This document shows, piece after piece, positions 1 to 14,202 of a stretch of DNA of 64,000 nucleotides. The position numbers were made by a program, and so were the translations under genes. The notes under the pieces were generated by a model. That model searched no databases. It had not been told where the DNA came from and saw nothing but the letters and a program-made list of their open reading frames with translations. Position 1 is the stretch's first letter. Every line of letters begins with the position of its first letter. Origin of the DNA: the human T2T-CHM13v2.0 reference genome, Homo sapiens; NCBI RefSeq assembly GCF_009914755.1, contig NC_060935.1; one strand, 5' to 3'.

Positions 1-117
1 CTCTAGCTTTCTAATTATCTATGAGCTGTGTCCACCTGGCTATTCAGTTCATATATTAAGATTTTAATTCAGAGTTCTAATATTTAGTTTTTAGAATCTC
101 TGATTCATTTTTATTCA

Positions 118-3820
<3,703 letters not shown>

Positions 3821-5362
3821 GAATTGAGATTAAGATGGCAGATAGGGGGCAGGACTAGCTTGCAGCTCCCACTCGGATGGACAGAGCCGTGTATGAAGAC
3901 TCACATCCTGAAATTCTGCTCCAAGAACTACCGTGGGTACATACCAGGAAAGCTGAGAGAATCCACAGACCATTTGAAGAAACTGGATTACCTCTGCAGG
4001 CTCCCTGAGACACTGAAAAACAGTGAGTCTGTTTGCTTTCTCAATGGGGAGGCTTGTGGTCTGGGGCAAGCTCTGAGTCCTGGTAACTGGCTACCTGGAA
4101 ATAGACTCGGTGCTGTTGGGGGGCATGGTGGGAGTGAGACCAGCCTTTGGGACTGTGGGTTGCAGAGAGTGGGGTGAGGCCTATGACTGCTGGCTTCTTC
4201 CCTGGTGACCTGTATGATTCAACAGAGGCAGCCATAATCCTCTTGGTAATATAACTCCATTGGACTGAGAACTACACCTTCATCCCTAGTAGCAGTTACA
4301 GCAAGCCCTGCCCAAGGGGAGGCTGAGCTCAGACATGCCTATCCCTGCCTCCACCTGGTGGTCTTTCTCTAACCACACTGGTAGCCAAAGACAAGATTAT
4401 GAGAGCTCTCATAATCTCTTGAGAGCTCTATGGCCTTGACCACCACCTGAGAAACCTGAATACTTAACCAGGTGTCCCTAGGGCAAGTTTGCATCCTCCC
4501 TATAGAACTGCAGCTAATGTGCTCTTGAAAGTGCCACCTCCTGGCTGGAGGCCAACCAACACAAAATGAGTGCACTAAACAAAAACAACCAAGGACCCTC
4601 ACAGAGTCCACTTCACTACCCTGCTACCTCCACTGAAGCAGGTGCTGGTATCTATAGCTGCAAGACTGGAAGACAGTTCACACCAGAGGACTCTTTGCAG
4701 ACACTCCTCAGTACCAGGCTGGAGCCTGGTAGCTCCACTGGGTGGCTAGACTCAGAAGAGCAAAAACAATCACTACAGTTTGGCTCTCAGGAAACCCCAT
4801 TCCCAGGGGAAGGGGGAGAATGCTACATCAAAGGAGCACCCCATGGGACGAAAGAATATGAACAGCAGCTCTTGAATCCCAGATCTTCCCTCTGACATAG
4901 TCTACCCAAATGAGAAGGAACCAGAAAAACAATTCTGGTAATATGACAAAACAGGGTTCTTTAACACCCCCAAAAGATTACACCAGCTCACCAGCAACGG
5001 ATCCAAACAAAGGCAAAATCCCCGAATTTCCAGAAAAAGAATTCAGAGGTCAATAATTAAGCTAATCAAGGAGACACCAGAGAAAGAAATAAAAAACACG
5101 ATACATAATATGAAAGGAAAATTCTTCAGTGAAATAGATAGCATAAATAAAAAACAATCACAACTTCTGGAAATCAGGGACACACTTAGAGAAGTGCAAA
5201 ATGCACTGGAAAATCTCAGCAATAGAATTGAACAAGCAGAAGAAAGAATTTCAGAGCTTGAAGACAAGGCTTTCGAATAACCCAATATGTCAAAGGCAAA
5301 GAACAAAGAATTTTTAACAATGAACAAAGCCTCCAAGATGTCTGGGAATAGGTTAAACATTC
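3821..5362 (+). mobile_element. Second L1 5' end (L1PA15/16-like 5'UTR plus ORF1 start) abutting the first
   Basis: gattaagatggcagataggg...ttgcagctcccactcggatggacagagc 5'UTR start; ORF1 remnant atgagaaggaaccagaaaaac. Confidence 0.8.
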
Positions 5363-5363
5363 A

Positions 5364-5577
5364 ATGCTGGGTCTGTGGGACAGACAACTGATGGATGAAA
5401 TGAGTACTCAGACACAGATATGCAGTGTAAGAGCAGCTAGGTAACTGCCTGGCTCAAGTGGCCAGAATGCAGCCCTGAGAAGCTGGAGCTGCTTGCTTTT
5501 ATTCAGCACAAGCACAATGCCGAAAGCCTGGAGCAAACACAATCTGTAGGTGATTAACATTTATTGTTCCCCTTTCA
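5364..5577 (-). mobile_element. ERV LTR fragment (LTR18-like)
   Basis: Reverse strand ends ...gagtactcatttcatccatc...cagacccagca and has an AATAAA. Confidence 0.5.
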
Positions 5578-5841
<264 letters not shown>

Positions 5842-5924
5842 TTATCTCTCTTGTTCCCCCTCAACTGACTCTTGTTTGAGACAATTATCTAAACTTTTAA
5901 TAGAGTTCAGGCATTCTGAAGTAA

Positions 5925-6367
5925 TGCTATAATTGGAATGTTTGTGTTTCCTCCAAAATTCATGTTGAAACTTAATCCTCAATGTAACAGTATTAAGAGA
6001 TAGTCTTTAAGAGATAATTAGGCCACAAGAACGTCCACCCTTATGGATGGGATTTGTGCCTGAAGGAAAAAGGACTGGAGGAAATTAGCTGGGCTCCTTT
6101 TTGCTCTTCTGTCTTTCTGCCATGTGAGGACACAGTGTTCATCCCCTACAAATAACACAGCAATAATGCACCACCTTGGAAGCAGGGACTGGATTCTCAC
6201 AGACACCAAATCTGCTGGCACCATGATTTTAGACTTCCAGCCTCCAGAACTGTGATAAATAAATTTTTAATTATTTTATTATTATTTTAAATAAACAAAT
6301 AAGTTCAGACTGTTATTTATGAATTACCCAGTCTCAGGTATTTTGTTACAGCAGGAACAAACTGAGA
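5925..6367 (+). mobile_element. MaLR LTR (MST/MLT1A-like)
   Basis: tgctataattggaatgtttgtg...ccagcctccagaactgtga...tacccagtctcaggtatttt. Confidence 0.85.
6275..6280 (-). terminator. Candidate distal poly(A) signal (~1 kb 3'UTR), inside a MaLR LTR
   Basis: tttatt on + strand in an AT-rich patch. Confidence 0.4.
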
Positions 6368-7181
6368 TTAGTAATGTGCTGAGGCTAATTGGACAAGCAG
6401 GTGTTCATGCTGTCTCCTCTCCCTTCAACTCCTATCTCTCCTCAATAAACCATCACATCCCTGGGTCAAGGTGCTCCCACCTTCACCTTTTCATACACTC
6501 ATTCCTTTCATGCTGTCACCATGATGAACCACTTAGCTTGAACAAACACAATAAAAATTGTATACAGTCAAACACAAAACTTTCTGTATTATTTAGGAGT
6601 TGTGGGTTTTGGAAGCTCATCTTTAGAAAAAACATTGGATCTTTTTTCCTGGAATAGGAGCTTGGAGAGGATAGGATATCATCAGTTGATATTTCTTCTA
6701 GTAACATTCCCTGCTATATCATGTATACTGTATTTAGCCTAATATCCCATATATATTTGTGTCCAGTATATTTAATGTACCTATAAAGTAGCAATAACAG
6801 GAGAGGATAATCTCTAAAGACCTGCTGAGGAGAGTCCACTTGTTGATCATAAGGGAAAGGCTTTAGAAAGGGAAAGAAAGAAGTCATAGTGCTCAGAAAA
6901 TTTAATTCACCTCTTCCTAGCTCCCAGAAAAACTGGCAAGGGTCTTGCAACTGAGGAACCAGGGATTCCAGGAGAAGTAATTTGGAGCAATATGTATCTG
7001 ATGAAGTGTCATAGAGGTCCTGGAAATGTGGGGAGGTAAATTGCTTATGTCAAATGTAAGAGGACCTGGGCCTGCTTCCCACTGAGAAACCTGTGAATGC
7101 AGGGACCATGGCGATGCTGTTGAACATCACACTGCTTCCCCAGAGTCCAAACAGTGCCCACTCCTTTACTGCTGATTACAA

Positions 7182-7187
7182 TTTATT
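7182..7187 (-). terminator. Proximal poly(A) signal AATAAA of GLYAT
   Basis: tttatt on + strand, ~80 nt after the stop codon. Confidence 0.55.
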
Positions 7188-7265
7188 ATTTCTTTTCATC
7201 CACCATCCACTCCTCAAATTATACGCCCAGACCTGCCCAACACTGTCTTATGTTCAGGATTGGCA

Positions 7266-7668
7266 TCACAGAGGTACACAGTTCCACTGGTTCCAGCTTC
7301 TGGGAATGGGAACATGTTGCAGTGTGTAACTCATTTTTTGCATAGCTTCATTGCTGTAGTCTACATGAGAATAGACAGGAAACCCAAGTTTGCCCAATTT
7401 CTGGGCGTGGGAATAGATGACATACGTCACAAGGCCATGGAGCCGGTATTCCGGCAAGGTGCCTGCCATTCTCATCTCTCCAGTCTGGTCCATTAGATCC
7501 CAGCACACAGGGGTCCCCTCAGGCCCCAGGAGACAGCAGGTGGGAAAGGTCTGAATGCAGCGCTCAATGAATCTCTGGCTCCTCTCATTACCACCAAAAT
7601 GCCAGAATTTATTCACCAAGTGAGCATGGGTAACATCCATGGATGAGAGTTTAAACATCTCTTGGTTG
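7266..7668 (-). CDS. GLYAT: GLYAT exon 6, C-terminal GNAT-fold part including catalytic Glu227, ending WNQWNCVPL*
   Basis: ORF 7266..7694; acceptor ccatag|C AAC CAA GAG ATG; 403 nt; summed CDS 891 nt = 296 aa + stop. Confidence 0.98.
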
Positions 7669-7779
7669 CTATGGAGGGTCCAAGAAGAAAACAAAATCCA
7701 TTAGTATAAAGGTTTGTATTTGCTGTGACCTCTATTGTCTTGAGAGACAGAGTAGACAGAAGAAATAACAAATGTGAAG

Positions 7780-8050
7780 TCCTGGAATATAGATGAGCTT
7801 GTGATGAAAGAGGAACAGAGTGAAGGTCAGAGCTGTTGGAGGAAGAAAGCAGGAAGGGCAATAAAGGTCCAAGTGGTAGCCAGAGGCCTGGTTTATTCTA
7901 GATGAGAAGGGAGATGGTGGAGTCTTTTAAGCAGGAGAGAAACATGTTCTGAGTTACATTTTTTAAAAATGTAATTCTGATTTCTTTGTACAACATTGAT
8001 TGTAGGAAAGCCAGAGTGAATGCAGGGAGAGAAGTTGGGAGGTTACTTGA
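7780..8050 (-). mobile_element. L2 fragment in GLYAT intron 5
   Basis: ttttaagcaggagagaaacatg...agccagagtgaatgcagggaga...gggaggttact. Confidence 0.65.
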
Positions 8051-8089
8051 GAAGTGTGAGTGGTACAGACTGGATTTTATCAAACTCAC

Positions 8090-8261
8090 ATGGCCTTGGG
8101 TTTGCCACCACTGGGAGATAAAATCTTTGATTTCAGCAGGAAAGGAGTCAGTTCCTTGGCTGTTTCAGCTGCCATATAGAGAATGCGTTGTGTTTGTTTG
8201 ACTTTGAAGGACTTAATGGCTGCAAGATTTTGTATAGCCTCATTCAGGCTAGGCTGTGAAC
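8090..8261 (-). CDS. GLYAT: GLYAT exon 5 (SSQPSLNEAIQNLAAIKSFKVKQTQRILYMAAETAKELTPFLLKSKILSPSGGKPKAI)
   Basis: ctag|GT TCA CAG...GCC AT|gtgagt; 172 nt. Confidence 0.97.
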
Positions 8262-8404
8262 CTAGACGGTATAATAAACAGAGATGAAATGGTTTAGGTA
8301 TATTCTAGACTGAAGTTCTGCAGTGGAGTAAGAAGTGTCTGGGATTTAGTATCATAAAATCTTGGTTCTGGGCTTGGTGCTACCACTGTGTGACCCATGT
8401 CAAT

Positions 8405-8991
8405 AGTAATTTAAAAAGTGAAGATTCCTCTTCAAAAAGACTTCCCTCCCCATCTAATTAAGAATCAATAGTAACTTCCTCTAGAAGCAAAATTTATTCA
8501 AAGACCTGTGCTAGCATTCTTAGATAACTGCTAGAAGATAATAAAGAAATCAATGTACTTTGTGTTCTTAGCTCCCACAGTTTAGCCTAAATATTTACCC
8601 TGGCATACTTATACTGGTCCAAGCAAGCATTAGGCCATAGCCTGTTCCTCTTCCTTACTTGGAGATGTTTTACCTTTCTCAGCATTCCACAAGTTACTTG
8701 CCCCTTCCTTTGTTCTCCTCTGCCTTTATCTCTTTTAAAAGGTTTTAAGTTGCTAGCCAGTTGGGACAAATGCAGAATGTGAGGCCCTGTTCCAGCCAAT
8801 GGAAACCAGACACAACAGTAGGGTGGACATGTCAGGTTATACATAACCCTGTCTCCTCTGTTCAGTTCTCATGGCAAAATTGCTGGTGAGTGTACCCTTT
8901 CTGCAGAAAGTAAAAATGGCCTTACTGAGGAAATTAAATTTATGTTCAAGTGCTATTTCTTTACAGCACTGGGGAAGAAGCATTTCAAACA
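8405..8991 (+). mobile_element. Solo ERV1 LTR (LTR10C-like) in intron 4
   Basis: ~585 bp; ttcctcttcaaa...ccatctaattaagaat...two CCAAT-like boxes...gcatttcaaaca. Confidence 0.75.
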
Positions 8992-9189
8992 GTAAGGATT
9001 TGTGTAATTTTTTCTGTTTTACCTAAGCAAAAACATGCTTAGGGATGGATTCAGTTATGATTGTGTTATTAACAGCAGTATCTGCACTGGAACCAAGTTT
9101 TCTGGGCTGCGTAATTGTGTAGCAATTTTGATAATCCTAGTAGGTAAATTTAAAAAACGGTAGGTAACATCTACTAAGCTACATTCCTA

Positions 9190-9683
9190 GTGTAATAATA
9201 TGAGGCAATGACCCATGATTTGCACATATCTCCTGGAATCCATTCCCCAGATAGTCCCCTCCTCTGCTGCAACTTACCTTGGCCACATTGACCATCTTTC
9301 ATCAATGGAAAGAGCAAATTTAATGCAAGGACAGGCTTAAAAGTGCCTGCCCCATTGGGGCTTTCCCTTTGTTTTTGCTCCTGGTTAAGACCAATTATGT
9401 TAAGACCAATACCATTAAGATAGGCCTGGGCCAGCCTGCTAGCGACACATGTTGCCATCATGCTGTCACCACAGTCACCAGCTGTCATGAACTAACAGCA
9501 GAACTCTCATTCAGGCATGTGAGTGAGGCCGTGTAAGAGCAATCAGCCATGGTCCACCCATCAACTACAGCTACATGAGTAAACCCAGATAAGACCAGTG
9601 GAAGAACTGCCTTGCAAAGCTCAGCCCAAATGGTTGATTCACAGAATTATTAGGTTTGCTATGCAGCAAACATTAACTAATAT
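9190..9683 (+). mobile_element. MLT1-family LTR
   Basis: Ends gtttgctatgcagcaaacattaactaata; cagcccaaat...cacagaattat. Confidence 0.65.
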
Positions 9684-10259
9684 GTCTAAGTATTATGCTA
9701 AACACTTCCTAGTCACTTTCATTTAATCTTTTCAGTGCCTTGTGTTTTAGGTAACATTATTTTCCTCATTTTTATGTATGAGGAACATAATCTCAGAGAG
9801 ATTAAATCACTTAACTAAGATTATACAGCAAGTAATAGGCAAATGCCATCCTAGAGAATCTCCAGAGAGCATAGTTGGAACCATGATAGTTGTTCTTGGT
9901 GACCTGGGAAGTATTCTATGGCCAAATAAGCTATTATTTTTATTACAGGAATAGAAGTCCAGAGGGAAGGCTCTTCTTCAGCATCCAATCACCCTAAAAG
10001 GTCTGGATACAGCTGCAAAATATGTCATAAATCCTTGGTACCAAGGAATTATACTATAGTTCCCTTTATGAAGCCCATTCTTTGCAAATTTTAGGGTTTC
10101 CCACGCTGTCCACCACCTTTTACAGATATAGTTACCACACAGTAACAAAATTGACAGCAGGCTGGGAGTCTGGAGCTTGGAGGAAGGAGGTATAAGTCAT
10201 ATGAAAACTTGCTCAGGACACATAAGTGAGTCAGCACACATCCCATTCCTCTTACTTAC

Positions 10260-10386
10260 TTTGAATCTGTAAATGCTGTTTCCAGTTGATGAGTTCTGGT
10301 GATCCAAGGAATTCCTGACAGTTTTGGGGATCTTTGGAGTAGATTTGGTAAGTATTGGTATAGTGATCAAGGTCATCTGTCATATC
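10260..10386 (-). CDS. GLYAT: GLYAT exon 4 (DMTDDLDHYTNTYQIYSKDPQNCQEFLGSPELINWKQHLQIQ)
   Basis: acag|GAT ATG...CAA A|gtaagt; 127 nt. Confidence 0.97.
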
Positions 10387-11399
10387 CTGTTATCATTAGG
10401 AAAAAGGAAATAAAACACATCCTTATATTTTATGATTACATATAATTTTATACTGTGATATTTCTAAGTAATAAAATATTGGTAGTTTTATTGGTGTATC
10501 ACAATTATTTCTTTTTTATTGATACATAATATTTGTAAAAAATGTGTAATATTTTGTTATGTGCATAGAATGTTTAATGATCAAGTCATAGTTTTCATCA
10601 TCCAGAATATTTATTATTTCCATGTGTTGAGAACATTTCAAGTCCTCCTTCAATCTACTTTGAAATATACAATACATTGCTGTTAACTATAGTCATCCTA
10701 TGTTAAACATTAGAACTTATTTCCTTTATCTAACTGTGGGTTTGTATGCATATAATTATTTCTGTATTATTTAAATAATGAGATAAAGATCAAATATTCA
10801 ATTTATGTTGGAAAATTCCAGAACAATACTATTCATTATCCACATATCACGTTAAAATTTCAAATAAAAGACATAACCATTTAGAAAGCATTCTTCTTAC
10901 CACCATCATCCTCAACAGGAAGAAGAGAAAGGCAATTGACAAGGGAAAGCTTATGTCACAAGAATAAATTTTACTACAGTTCAAAGACTTGCAGAATACA
11001 CAAACTATGACCATGGCAGTATGAAACTTGATATTGATACCAAAGAAGATTAAAAACTAATTCAAAATGCCTTCTTTAAAAAATATGTTGGTTAAACCAG
11101 TTGCAGTTCCAGAGAAACAAACAATCCACTTACACGGAAAGAGCTTCTCAAATTAGTAAATGACAGATACAATTATTTACAGGAAGAAGGTGGATGAAAA
11201 TATTACCACAACTATTATAAAATTAAAAAACTTTTTAAAAAGTTGGAAAATGTTGCACAAAAAACCCACTCACAAGTCAGCAATGATACCACTGACACAT
11301 TTTGTTGCTTAAGACCACATTTAATAAAAGATCAAATAATTTTATTTCAGTTTAGTTTTCATACCATAAATTTATTAATTTCATATATTGTTTATTTTT

Positions 11400-11840
11400 T
11401 TATTTTGATTGGCAAATAAATGATTGCATATATTTATTAACAATATGTTGTGTTGAAATATGTATACATTTTGAAATGGCTAAATCAGGGTAATTAGCAT
11501 ACATATTGCTTCCCCTATGTTGAACCTGGAGGACATTATACTTAGTGAAATAAGCCAAACACAGGCAGATACCTCATGATCTCCTTTGTATGTAGAATGT
11601 AAAAATGGTGAACTCATAGAAGTAGAGAGTAGAATGGTAGTTATCAGCAGGTAAGGTGGGGGAAAGTAGAGGAATTGGGTAGTTGTTAGTCAAAAGATAT
11701 GAAACTTCAGTTATAATAGTTATAATAGGAGGAATAAGTTCAAGAGACATATTGTACAACTCGGTGACTATAGTTAATAACAATGTATTGTATTCTTGAA
11801 AATTGCTAAGAGAGTAGATTTTAAGTGTTCTCACAACAAA
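11400..11840. mobile_element. L1MA 3'-end fragments in both orientations
   Basis: gaacctggaggacattatacttagtgaaataagcca...gagagtagattttaagtgttctcac. Confidence 0.75.
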
Positions 11841-12013
11841 GTGATTTTTAAATAACTTTATTAGCATTAAAAGTATATTTGTGTTTTCTGATGTTTTGAA
11901 ATAAGCTTATGCATTTTTATCTTGAAATGTGTTAATTGTTTAGTTTCAATAATTTTAAGTGTTTCCTCAAATGTGTATAGAAGTTCTATCATTATAGTTT
12001 TGCTTTTCATAGT

Positions 12014-12385
12014 TGATATGGTTTGGCTGTGTCCCCACCCAAATCTCACCTTGAATTATAGTTCTCATAATCCCCACGTGTAATGAGAGGGACCAGATGG
12101 AGACAATTGAATCATTGGGGTGGTTTCCCCCACCGTGTCTTTGTGATAGTAAGTTTTCATGAGATCTGATGGTTTTATAAGGGGCTTCCCCATTTGCTTG
12201 ACTGTCATTCTTTGTCCTGCCACCATGTGAAGAAGGTCGTGTTTGCTTCCCCTTCTGTCAGGACTGTAAGTTTCCCGAGGCCTTCCCAGCCATGCTGAAC
12301 TATGAGTCAATTAAACATCTTTCCTTGATAAATTACCCTGTCTCACATATGTCTTTATTAGTAGCATGAGAACGGACTAAAACAA
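12014..12385 (+). mobile_element. THE1-family MaLR solo LTR
   Basis: tgatatggtttggctgtgtccccacccaaatctc...gagtcaattaaac...gaacggactaa. Confidence 0.9.
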
Positions 12386-12815
12386 TAGTCACTCTAACTC
12401 ATTGTCCTTTTTTTTACAACTTTATATCTGTGCTCTTGCTATTTTCTCTGCTTAGAATGTCCACTTTTCCTTGTAATCCTGACAAAAGCATATTTTTCCT
12501 ACAAAATCCAGTTCAGATGAAATCTCCACCAAGAAGTATACTGAACTTATCGGGTAGCCCCACCTTTGACTTCCATAGTTTAATCAAGTTTTATTTGGCC
12601 TCTTTCTGTATCCTGTTTATCTTCTGTTCTTGTATACTTCACACTTTATTGGTTGATCTATCTTGTCTTTCAGACTCCGAGCTTCTTGAGGATGGGGACT
12701 TGTTGACTATTACTATGATTTACTTCTGCATGCCCTGGCTCTACCATATTGCTAAGAATGTAATAGGCACACAGCTAATATAAATATAGAAGAATATTCA
12801 CACATGGAAACTTAC

Positions 12816-12923
12816 CTGCTCCTGAGGGCAGACAACCACTGTATTAAAATCAGGCCACTTGTCCACCACAGCCTTCAGATTGAATGGATTTCCATGGTTT
12901 ATGTGAAAGACAGTTCCATAAAC
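12816..12923 (-). CDS. GLYAT: GLYAT exon 3 (aa 28-63, VYGTVFHINHGNPFNLKAVVDKWPDFNTVVVCPQEQ)
   Basis: ctgcag|GTT TAT...GAG CAG|gtaag; 108 nt, phase 0/0. Confidence 0.97.
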
Positions 12924-14202
12924 CTGCAGGATCCCAAGAAATTGACAGGGTTGGTTTATTTGAAAAAAACAGTAAAGTTTCTTGCTTGATTAGGACAAAA
13001 ATTATTTCTATAAAATCATGACATTTTATGATACAAAGTAGCCAAATGGAGAATCTAAGTCAAAGAATCTCTGTGTGCTATTTTTTAATCTGTACACAGA
13101 GGGCAGACAACCACTGTATTAAAATCAGGCCACTTGTCCATCAGAGCCTTTAGATTAAACAGATTTTTGTTCAATAATAAAATTACTGATATTTGCTATT
13201 TTTCATCATTGAACATATTGTGTACCTATTTCTCTATTCACAAGCATACAAAATAATTTTCAATTACTTTTAATGGCTGAATAAAATTTCATTACATGGA
13301 TGCATCACAGTTAATCACTTGCCAGTTGATGACATCTCAGCTGTTTTCAACTTTTCACTCAAATAAATAATTCTTTATAGAATGTTCTTTCACAGGAATC
13401 TTTGCATGGGTACCTACCATTTTCTTACAATATCCAGAAGAGTAATTGCTGGTTTAAAGGCTATATACATGTTTAAAACTCTTTAGCATTGTTTCCATAT
13501 AACTCTCTGGAGAGCTTAACTGAATTCTTATCAGTCAGCAGAGACTATAGCCTATTGCTCAAGAGAATAAGCTTGGGGTCCCCTAGCCTGGGTCCATTCT
13601 TAGATCCCCACCCTTGCCCTGTTGGACAAACTAATGAGAGAGAGGGGTGAAAGAGAGGGTAGGAGGTGAGAATGAGTGAGAGTAAACCCCACAGACAGTA
13701 AGTGTCCTTATGATTTTGGGGTTGTGGTATGCAGTAGTGGATGTCAGCATAGATCTCGTGACCATTGTGAACATGAAGTTTCAGCTGATATCAGCATGGA
13801 AATACACCAAAAAGGTGCTGTGCACTTGAATGCTTTCCATCAAGGATAGATGATAGAACCATACCAGTATATTTCCCTCCTGCTGCCCCCTACCCCACAT
13901 GAAATACTGATGTTAGACTAGGGAATGAAGGTGAAAAAAACTCTAAATCGACTAAGTCTGAGTTTATCTGAATTAATTCTGTTTTCAGCCATGAGTGGAG
14001 GCTTAATATAGAAATTTAGTACAGTTTTGGCAAAATATAGTGGTTACATTTTTACACATTTGTACCTGGGGCCTATTAAAATGTATTTACACTATAATAT
14101 TATCCATTGCAAAGATGAAAATATGTGAAACTCTTATTTTTTCTTATTGTTGTGGCCTAATTTATTAAAATCCTTTTTAGTCCTACTGGACCCCAAACCT
14201 AG

